Positions 53,343 to 64,000 of a stretch of DNA of 64,000 nt are shown piece after piece. Both the position numbers and the translations under genes were made by a program. How positions within the stretch are numbered: position 1 is the stretch's first letter; each line of letters begins with the position of its first letter. Under the pieces are notes generated by a model that was not told the origin of the DNA, did no database searches, and was given only the letters and a program-made list of their open reading frames with translations. Location of the stretch: positions 73,222,001 to 73,286,000 of the forward strand of contig NC_043005.1 of the NCBI RefSeq assembly GCF_006345805.1, written 5' to 3'. Origin of the DNA: Octopus sinensis. Taxonomy: Eukaryota.

Positions 53343-53354
53343 AATATAGATATT

Positions 53355-53401
<47 letters not shown>

Positions 53402-53605
53402 AACTAAACACAACACTATAGCTTTATTCTCACTCGTTTGTAACTGTTATTTTATATTTTTAACGCCTGTCCATTGTCCAGAAATTCCGAAAGTATAACA
53501 ATATCTTGCAAAACGAATTGAGGAACGTGTGTGTATCTATCTATCTGTCTATCCATCTATATATATATATATTCCCTGTAAGTTTGGATTTATTCCCTAA
53601 TATTT

Positions 53606-53666
<61 letters not shown>

Positions 53667-53791
53667 CGAGAGAGAGAGAAGAGAGAGAGATGTGCGTGTG
53701 TGTGTGTGTGTATGATGTATATGTATATATATATATATATATATATTGATATATAATGACAAGTAAATGTGTGTATATATATATATATATG

Positions 53792-53832
<41 letters not shown>

Positions 53833-54591
53833 GGTGTGTGTGTGTGTATGTGTGTGTGTGTTAATGTCTACACATGACGGGTTTCCCACACAATTTCAAT
53901 GTACAACATTTCTTGCTAAATCTATCAATATACCATAGTTTTCAGTGGGCAGCAGATGGCATATACACCACGCCGTAGAATCGAAACCGCGACCAGGTAT
54001 TTATTCAACGAATTTCGTGACCACACAATTACATAACATTTGTAAAGCTATGTAATATAACGATGCACTGTGACGAGTCATTTTACGCTGTTGCTCTTTA
54101 TGTCAATATTATTGTTACATCTTTGAATGCTGGAAGTGTTTATTTTAGTTGTCGTCAATGATACTGCTTTATAATACAGATACTCGTGATAATATTATTT
54201 TCATGCTTGCTACTGCTTTTTATTTCAGCTTTGCTGTTAATTTAAGATTAGTGTCTATCACTTTTTTTTGTGCTGTGCTTCTTTCTTAACATATATTTAT
54301 CGCTTTTTATCTTTTACACTATCAGATCGTCGTATTGTGAGATTTTTTTAGTGCTGTGTGTATGTGTGCTTGGTTGTTTATAGGTGACTTCGAGTGCATG
54401 TATTTGTGTGCGCGTGCACGTGTGTGTATGCATGTACTGTGAAAATATGCGTCAATGGCAGTTAAGAACGATTATTAATAACAGTGCGGCATTTTGTCGT
54501 TATTTATTATCAAGATTTTGCTATTATTATTATTGCCTTTCTCGTTGCTATTACATCTGATATCATTCCGGAAATACGTACATACATACAT

Positions 54592-54626
<35 letters not shown>

Positions 54627-54844
54627 TATATATACAGTGGGAGAGAGATAAAGAGAAATATATGTATATATAAGTATGCACAGATATAAATAAACACACA
54701 AACACAAACACACACACACATATGCATATTGAAACTAGCACCTATGTGTTGTATTGCTACTTCTCAACACCCATACCTACTGGGCCACCAAAGCAAATAC
54801 ATATCTATCTATCTATCTATCTATCTATCTCTCCGATCCAAAGG

Positions 54845-54925
54845 GTGACTGGAGCAACGGAAATGAGGTGTTTTGCTCAAGAACACAACGCGTCACCCTA
54901 TCAGGGAATCGAACACACGACGATA
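54845..54925 (-). mobile_element. SINE family D head/core fragment
   Basis: gactggagcaacggaaatgaggtgttttgctcaagaacacaacgc..gggaatcgaac. Confidence 0.7.
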
Positions 54926-54987
<62 letters not shown>

Positions 54988-54991
<4 letters not shown>

Positions 54992-55135
54992 TAAGCAAAT
55001 GACATACTAAGTATGTCTACCTGCTTGAATTAACATTCAAACTCTTATTTAAATCGCCAAGAGTGAATAATATCTTTGCAAATATTTCCTCCTGTATCAT
55101 TTACTCTGTATTGAAATATGTATGGATATATATTA

Positions 55136-55192
<57 letters not shown>

Positions 55193-55345
55193 ATATTATA
55201 TATAATATATAAATTAAGCAAATGACATACTAAGTATGTCTACCTGCTTGAATTAACAATTAAACTCTTATTTAAATCGCCAAGAGTGAATAATATACTT
55301 TGCAAATATTTCCTCCTGTATCATTTACTTGTATTGAAATTGTAT

Positions 55346-55348
<3 letters not shown>
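54988..55348 (+). repeat. Direct tandem duplication of a ~140-bp unique segment separated by (TA)n
   Basis: 54988-55127 approximately equals 55211-55348. Confidence 0.9.
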
Positions 55349-55395
<47 letters not shown>

Positions 55396-55432
55396 AGAGA
55401 GAGCGAAGAGAGAGCGAGAGGAGAGGAGGAGG

Positions 55433-55475
<43 letters not shown>

Positions 55476-55770
55476 AGATAGATAGATAAATGATAGATAG
55501 ATGATAGATAGAAAAGAGATAGATAGATAGATATGTATATGCATATATATATATATATATATAGATATATAGAATGATAGATAGATAGTATGTATATATT
55601 ATAATATAATATATATGTATATATATATATGTATATAATATATATATATATATAGAATATATGTATAATATATAGATAGATATAATAATATAAATAATAT
55701 ATAAATATATGCATACATACATACATATATGTACATACCTACATATATATGTATATATATATATATATAT

Positions 55771-55801
<31 letters not shown>

Positions 55802-56097
55802 TAATAATATGAATAATATATAAATATATGCATATATACATACATATCTGTACATACCTTCATATATATGTATATATACATTCATATATGGGTACAGGGC
55901 ATCAGAAAAAACATGGTAGACACAATGAGAAACGAAAACATAAAAACAAAAACATAGAAAACGAACATTTCTTTTCGAACATCGAAAAAAACAAACAAAC
56001 AGAAAAACGAGACATGCAACATAAAGGATATTCCCCTTCATCAGTTGTCCCTGTTTCATCTACACCGCATTTCGAAGGCAAAATACATATGTATATG

Positions 56098-56129
<32 letters not shown>

Positions 56130-56166
56130 GCATATCTTTTTATTTATTTATTAATTTATATATATA

Positions 56167-56227
<61 letters not shown>

Positions 56228-58323
56228 GCTTTACATTCGCACATTTATGTGTATTCAGTGTGTATAATTTTACAAACTTGAACTACAAATGGATGAAAGT
56301 ATAAATACAAAATTTAAATAGTCAAAACATGAACAGGAAAATATAAAACTGAATAGATTTATTTATGAATTAATTAATCTTCGTCGATTTATGGACGACT
56401 TAACTAACTCATATTCTTGGAGCAAACACTTCTATACAAATTAGAATTGTCGATTTACTACTTTGTAGATGCTATAAATAGCTATAAATTACTGCGGGGG
56501 CAAAAGACTATTTCTTTGATGAAGAGGTGAGATGAGAGAAACTGTTCTTCCCAAAAATAATTTTTTTCGGTTCTCGAAGATGTCATGTGACCGCTTTCTT
56601 GTCTGTTTAGAGTGAGGCTAAAATTTTGTCGTCATAAAATGTACTAAAACTATACGTCTTATTTCAGATTATACATAAGCATTTTGTATTGTACTATGGA
56701 TAAATACCGAAGATCGCAAAATTATGAAACATAAGCCGCGTGATAATGATTCAGTTTCAATAAACCATATGCTCAACAATGTGTATTTAGCACACCTTTT
56801 TCATTCATTTGACGCATTTCAACGCTTGTATCCATGGGAACGGTTATCTATGTAAGTATGTATGCATGTATGCATGTATTATTTTTCTATTTTTCGAAAT
56901 TTCTAAGAGAGTTTAAGCCGGTTACTAGCAAAATTTCATAACAGTTTGTGTCAAAAAATTTCCTGTTCGTAGATATGCGTTTGAGGTAGTGTGAAGTTGA
57001 GCTGTCGATGCTCAAACTCAAGTGTGTGTATCTATTCACCTAAAGAACCTCAGACGGAGAAGTTTTGGAATGTCTTACAAATTTTAACTGTGCCGCTAAC
57101 ACTGGATTTGGAGAATCCGCGTAGGTTTCTTTCGCTTTCTTCGAAATACCTAGCAATATGTAACGTATGTATGCATGTGTGTATGTAGCTATGTATGTAT
57201 GTATGTATGTGTGTATGTATGTATGTATGCATGTATGTATGTATGTGTGTGTGTATGTATGTATGGTATGTATGTATGTATCTATGTATGTATGTATGTA
57301 CGTATGGGGATGTATAGTCAAATAGACAAATATATTTATATATACGTATTTATGCGTATATATGTGTTCGTGTCTGTATGTGAATATTTCTGAGATTATG
57401 AAAATATATATGAAATATATATGCAGAAAAATATATTTCTGCATATATAATTATATGTGTGTGCACGTAAATGTTTAAGTTAGAATTAGCATAAATAAAT
57501 ACATACGAATAAGCAAGTTAGCATAATATATCTTGTATGTTTTTATGAGTGTGTGAGAAATATATCTATGCGAGTGTATGAGTATGTGGACGAAGTATGT
57601 TGTGTGTGTGTGTGTGTATGCGTGTGTTTTATGCTGCGTATTAGATTCGTCAAATAGTCTAGCTGTTTATATCATGTTTTTGCAGCAGCTTGAAATCACA
57701 TCAAACCTGCTATTGACAGCTATCTCTCACAGCTTGATAAATAAATACCAGTAAGGTATGACATTGAAAAAAAACTCCATAAAATAAACACTATGGCAAT
57801 GTACTGGCGTCAATTCAGCTGAATTATACTTGAGCAATAACAGACATTTTATATGTAACGAAAAGAAAAGATAACAGTTATCTTTGGACTAACAATTGCG
57901 TAAAGCAAAATTTCAAGGTGTACAAATAAATTTTCATTATTGGGCAACCCTAGTTCAACCTTGACCGAGGAGATGATGAAAGGTATTCCAGCCTTGACTA
58001 TCCCGTCTGGCTTTTCTTCTTTTGTTTTTCTTCTCAGGTATTAGTGTTTCTACGATTAAGTGCTGTCTAATACATGTGCAATGTCGTAAATATAAAGTAT
58101 AACTTACATTTGATATCATCCCAAAACGTTGTTTTGTTTACTATGAATAAATTCATACGGGTGTGTATGTGTGAGAGAGAGAGAGAGAGAGGGGGAGAGA
58201 GAAAGAGAGTATACTTGCATACAAACTATACATAAATTTAAATAGAGTACATATACATATACCTACATATATACATAAATATTTATATTTATATAAATGT
58301 GTGTGTGTGTGTATGTATATATA

Positions 58324-58364
<41 letters not shown>

Positions 58365-58459
58365 ATATATATATAAACATATTCATGTATATATAGATAG
58401 AAAGATAGGTAGGTAAAGACAGAGAGACAAACACACTGATAGATACATAGACACTAAGA

Positions 58460-58464
58460 CAGAC

Positions 58465-58544
<80 letters not shown>

Positions 58545-58668
58545 TGACAGACAGACAGATATGTTTCTTTATTAGCCACACAGGGCTAATACAGACAGAC
58601 AGATAGATAGATAGATGGATAGATAGATAGATGAATAGAGATACATAGAAAGATAAATAGACAGACAA

Positions 58669-58757
<89 letters not shown>
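58460..58757 (+). repeat. (GATA)n/(GACA)n microsatellite
   Basis: Long compound tetranucleotide array. Confidence 0.95.
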
Positions 58758-58758
<1 letters not shown>

Positions 58759-59629
58759 TCATTCATTTATTTGTATGTACATGTGTGCCTGTGCGAGCAT
58801 AAGCACAACCGTATCTCCATACGAAGTAAGATTTGAAGGATAATTCGGTGCTATTTCAAACAAATTGAGTCAGCGTAGAGAGAGAGAGAATCCTTCCTTC
58901 TGATCCGTATATCATTGTTATTGCTGATATCGTTGCTACTGCTGCTGTTGCTGACACAGTGTTGCTATCACGATCATGCATGCCTATTATGATCAAACTC
59001 CCTCCACCACGATCACCCCCTCTTGATATCAGCTACATTGTATGTAACACCACTCTACATTTCTTTATATAACAATTATTTATCTAAAACAGCTGGGTGT
59101 ACTTTGATGCACATGTCTCTTATTTCTAGCATTTGGACCGACTGCATTGGAGCGACGTTCGTTGGCATTCGATCGACACTGTAATTGTAACTTAATCAAA
59201 ATACGGTAATAAAATACGATTGTGAATTATCGAGCAATTTGTGTCACAAGCGTGGTTAGGGCGAATCAAAGGTTGTCTATAATGATAGCTATAAATAACC
59301 TGATTCAAAGAATCAAGCGATCAAAGAAATGGCAGCTGCTGTAAAGGGTTACGTTGAAGGTAATCCTTAGGTCGTACATCCGGGTAGGTATTAGCAGATT
59401 CCAGCTTAGAAGATTTTACTGTTTAAAACGACTGCTCTATCGTTGTGACAGCTGCTACTGCTGCTGTAGCCGTTGTTGCGGCTGCTGTCTTCTTTCTTCT
59501 TCTTTTTCTTCTTATTCTTCTGCTGCTGCTCTTTCTTCTTCTTCTTCTTCTTCTTCTCCTTCTTCTTCTTCTTCCAATCAGGACTCACGCCATTAGCCAC
59601 CAAGAATAATCTCTAATTCGAGTCTGCTC

Positions 59630-60053
59630 TAAGCTATTAAGAATGCGTGTGCCAACTTGAAGATCCACCCACCACACGCGATAGACTGGCGGTTGTACGG
59701 GCGCGAAAGCTACATTGTTATCCTCATTCCGTAAACGGCGGCTTTTAACGGGTGGAGAGCTGAACTATCCTGTGATACAGAGGATTCGCAATCTAGACTA
59801 GGGTCTGAAAGTTTACCACACCATAGTGGGTTACACCATGGTTCCTCTCTTTGTGGTAGAAGAAAGAATGAGAGAAAGTTGTGGTGAAAGAGTACAGCGA
59901 GGTTCAACCCCCCCCCCCCGCCTTTGGCGGTGCCTCGTGGAGCTTAGGTGTTTTTTCCTCAATAAACACTCAGATTGCTAGGTCTGGGAATCGAAACCGC
60001 GTTCTTACGACCGCAAGTCCGCTGCTCTAACTACTAGGCCATTGCGGCTCCAC
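59630..60053 (-). mobile_element. SINE family C, tail T4
   Basis: Head and core shared with other C copies; unrelated ~230-bp tail. Confidence 0.8.
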
Positions 60054-62599
60054 GGCTGCTGTTGTTGTTATGAGTGTTGTTGTCATCGACAACGACGAAG
60101 ATGCTGATGATGATGGTGATGATGATGACATTCATGTTTCTACAGACGAAAGGGGAAGACAATATCGATGATAACGAAGACAAAAGATGAACGTATTGAA
60201 AGAATGATGAAGCTGATAGGGATAATTATAAAGAGGATGAGGACGTACCACGAGGTCGTCAATGGTGGTGGTGGTGGTGGTGGCGGCGTCTGTGGTGTTT
60301 GTGTTTTGAGAGGGTGGTGGCCGTGGTTGTTTTGGTGACAGCAGTAGTACCACTGCTATTGGTGATGGGGATGATGATAATATTGACGACGAAAACGTCA
60401 ATGACGATGATGAGGAGGATGAGGAGGAGGAGGATGACAGCGAGTTCTGATGAGTTTCTCATTAAGATGTTCATTATATTCAATGCCTTGTTATCAGTTA
60501 CAACAAAACCCACCACCGCTGCCACCACTACCACCACCATTAACAGTACCCTAACTCTATCGAAAATGTTATAATAAACCCTAAAGATATTAACAACACA
60601 ACCAGTACCACCACCACCACTACCACCACCACCACCACCAGCACACTAGAACCTCTAGTTCTACTACTACTACAATCACCATCGCAAATATCCTTCTCTA
60701 CTATGAGGTAGCGAACTGGCAGAATCGTTACAGTACCGGAAAATAATGCTTTACTTTCTGAGTTCAAATTCTGTTGGGGTCGACTTTGTCATTTATCCTT
60801 TCTGCGACGATAAAATAAATACCAATTGAGTACTGGGGTCGATGCAATCGACTTAGACCCTCCCCCAAAACTGCTGGCCTTGTGCCAAAATTTGAAACCA
60901 ATGTTATGTCTAGTTTTGAAAGTGGGGAGCTGGCAAAATGTAAGAATTGTTTCGCAGGCCAAGCAAAATATAATTAGCAAAATTTTATCCTTCTTTGCGA
61001 TCTGAGTTCAATTTCAACAGAGGTCACTTTGTCTTTCATCCTTCCCGGGTCGATAAATTAAGTACCAGTTGCGTACTGGGGTCGATCTAATCGAATAGCT
61101 TCCTCCTCAAAAATTTCGGGCCTTGTGCCTAGAGTAGAAGAGAATTGTTTGCAAGCCAGGCAAAGTATAATTAGCAACATTTTATCCGTCTTTATGATCT
61201 GAGTTCAAATTCAGCTGAGGCCACTTTGCCTTTCATCCTTTGAGGGACATTAAATAAGAACCAGTCCAGCGCTGGAGGCGACGTTATCAACTTAACCCCA
61301 CCCCTGAAATTGCTGGCTTTATGCTAAAATTTTAAACCGCTATCGATTTCTACTATTAGACCAGTAAATGTCTGATACTTATTTCATCGAACTCGAAAGG
61401 ATGAAAGGTAAAGCTGAATTTGGTAGAATTTGGACTCAAAGCGCGAAGACGGACGAAATGTTACTAAGCATTTCATCCGGCCTGGTAACGACTCGGCCAG
61501 CTCACCATCAGTAATATTACCGCCACCACTTACAAAACTAACGCCGTTGCCATCACAAAAACTGCCAAAAATTTCTACCGATATTGCCCCACCACCACCA
61601 CCATCGTCACAGCATCATCGCCTCAGGGCCTCTTTGCCGCTACCAGTACCACCACCACCACCACCATTGAAACAAGCACCACCTCCATCGCTGCCAACGC
61701 TATTGTCATTAACATCAACTTCACCTTCACCTTCACCATCACAACCACCCCCCCCACCCCACCACCACCATGACATCGCCACCATCGTCATGACCATCAC
61801 TACCATTGACATCACCACCACCACCATTACGGCTACCGCTTCAGCGACTACGTCCACAAGAAATCTGCCACTATTATCAAACTAACGACAAACACCACCT
61901 CCACCATCAACTTCAGCAGTATCATCTTAATCAGCATCACCACCATCATCATCATCATCAGCATCATCATCATCAACATCATAATCTTCGTCGTCGTCGT
62001 CGTTGGTAACAGGAGCAGCACCAACTGTAGCATCATTATCACCATCGTTATCATCACTTTCTTATCATTGGCATCTATAACGCTGTTTTCCCTTTTTTTT
62101 CATCCAATTTTAAGTTCTTATTTGTTTTTGCATGTCTTTGTTTTTGTTTTGGTTCTTATTTTTTTTCTTATCTTTTTTCATCATTGTCTTTATCGTTATC
62201 GGTATATTATCAGGACTTGGAAGCTGTTTAGCAATTGGAGCAGCTGTAGAGTCGGTTAGTGAGGTGTATAACTAGATGTTATTATCGGAGCCGAGATTTC
62301 TGTAAGACGACAACGACAACGACGGCTACCGAAGCAGCAGAGGCAAACACAGCAAAAACATCATAATGATGATGATGATGAGGAGGAGGAGGAGGAGGAG
62401 GAGGAGGTGGAGGAGGATGTTCCTTTCTACAATAGGCACAAGGATAGCTGGGGAGGAGATAAGTGTGGGAGAGGGGATGAGTCAATTATTTCGATTCCAT
62501 TTTATAACTGGGATTTATTGCATCGACCCCTAAGTGGTAAATTCGACCTCAGCGGAATTTTAACTCGAAACCGTAATAATAATAATAATAATAATACTA

Positions 62600-62641
<42 letters not shown>

Positions 62642-62649
62642 TAATAATG

Positions 62650-62718
<69 letters not shown>

Positions 62719-62730
62719 TAATAATAATAA

Positions 62731-62785
<55 letters not shown>

Positions 62786-62800
62786 TGATAATAATAATTC
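60050..62800. repeat. Mosaic of degenerate trinucleotide repeats (GAT/GGT/CAC/CAT/GAG/AAT)
   Basis: Low-complexity blocks on both strands, interrupted by SINEs. Confidence 0.85.
60707..61510. mobile_element. Cluster of four SINE-B copies (three +, one -)
   Basis: Repeated ctgagttcaaatt..ctttcatcc..gtactggggtcgat units at 60707, 60925 and 61140 (+) and at 61375-61510 (-). Confidence 0.82.
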
Positions 62801-63105
62801 CTAGGATCTCTAGGAATGATAAAAAAAAAGGTACTGAAACCTATTTGAAAATGATTCCAGGCTCACCATCCCTACAGGAAGTGCAAAAAATCGTATTAAC
62901 TGGAACGGCTCATGTACTGAGAAGAGCACTATCGCTGTGAAAATAACATCCATCCATGAATTCATTTATTTATAAATTTTTAAATACATATTTTATCTGT
63001 GAATTTGCGCGTGTAATCTGGGAATGCATACAATGCCCTTCTCTGCCCTGGGTGTATGGAAAACACTTGGCGAGAAACGGAAGAAAATTTGAAGAAAGAA
63101 GGAAA
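62798..63105 (+). mobile_element. R4/Dong-like retroelement 3' fragment inside an (AAT)n array
   Basis: LGMIKK..GTETYLKMIPGSPSLQEVQKIVLTGTAHVLRRALSL*, then a 3' UTR. (AAT)n on both sides. Confidence 0.88.
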
Positions 63106-63165
63106 AAATAATAATAATAATAATAATAAAATAATAATAATAATAGTAGTAGTAGTAGCAGCAGC

Positions 63166-63215
<50 letters not shown>

Positions 63216-63295
63216 CAGCAGCAGCAGCAGCAGCAGCAGCACCAGCAGCAGCACCAGCAGCACCAGCAGCAGCACCAGCAGCACCAGCAGCAGCC

Positions 63296-63326
<31 letters not shown>

Positions 63327-63328
63327 AC

Positions 63329-63798
63329 AATGCACGTGTTATCATGTACATAGTTTTGTCTTGTTATAAAAGATGGGCTACAACAAATATTCTGCTCAAT
63401 ACCGCAGATTTGCTAGTCAGTTGTTTGTCCTCAACCAGTTGAGCATGTCCCTTAGTGGTTGACAATATGTGAATCTCTGATCACGAGCAGAAGTAGTTGG
63501 GGAGCATCATACCCTTGTGTTGAGAGGGATTCTTTGGGAGTTGAACAATTCACCTCTGGAAACATGGGTGGTTCGTTCAACATCCTTTAACAATCTTTAT
63601 TCAGGGACCTTTTCAGCGGGATGGGTTACTCGACCAGAAGAAATTTCTAACTGGGCCCCATAAGATCACCATGTCGCACACATATGGTTGTGATGCATGC
63701 GCCTAGTGTACCATTATCAGACGGGTAGTATGATGGGTATACTGGGCTTCGTATATTTTACCCACGTGTCACTTTGATGGCATACACTGCCATCACTC
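63329..63798 (+). mobile_element. Non-coding repeat ending in an (AAT)n tail (SINE-like)
   Basis: Complex GC-richer block between trinucleotide arrays, ending ..catcactc(aat)n. Confidence 0.5.
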
Positions 63799-63876
<78 letters not shown>

Positions 63877-63902
63877 TCATTCTTTTATTGGCCACAATAT
63901 CT

Positions 63903-64000
63903 TATCCTTTCTACTATAGGCACAAGGCCTAAAACTTTGGGGGAAGGGGCATGTCGATTACATCGACCCAGTACTCAACTAGTACTTAATTTATTGACCC
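63903..64000 (-). mobile_element. SINE family B tail (runs off window)
   Basis: tttctactataggcacaaggcctaaaact..gtcgattacatcgaccc, as at 3801. Confidence 0.85.

Noticed and set aside
359-58766. Dozens of ORFs of YI/CV/HT/MYVC/LSIY dipeptide or tetrapeptide repeats
   Set aside because: They are open frames of (TA)n, (CA)n, (TATG)n and (GATA)n microsatellites, with no coding complexity.
61430-61885. 151-aa Pro/His/Thr-rich ORF
   Set aside because: It starts inside a SINE-B copy and runs through degenerate (CAC/CAT)n repeats. No domain or splice context.
62980-63442. Poly-Ala/Thr/Val ORFs
   Set aside because: Translation of an AAT-AGT-AGC-ACC microsatellite gradient.

Overview
AT-rich, repeat-saturated eukaryotic DNA. 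The SINE families and microsatellite mosaics look like Octopus (coleoid cephalopod) intronic or intergenic sequence; this is recognition from sequence, not a database result. No host protein-coding gene can be supported, and almost all listed ORFs are translations of microsatellites. Identifiable content: several tRNA-derived SINE families in many copies, often nested or dimeric; decayed RTE, CR1-like, Tx1/L1-like and R4/Dong LINE fragments; two Tc1/mariner relics; a Helentron-like MITE; and a set of (TA)n-flanked fold-back elements. The main hidden signal is a dispersed set of type I hammerhead ribozyme motifs (CUGANGA..GAAA-palindromic helix III-UH). Five have intact cores (7877-8012, 15270-15330, 31243-31305, 31457-31519, 32856-32949) and several more are decayed or variant. 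They sit in ORF-less palindromic elements resembling Penelope pseudo-LTRs or retrozymes.
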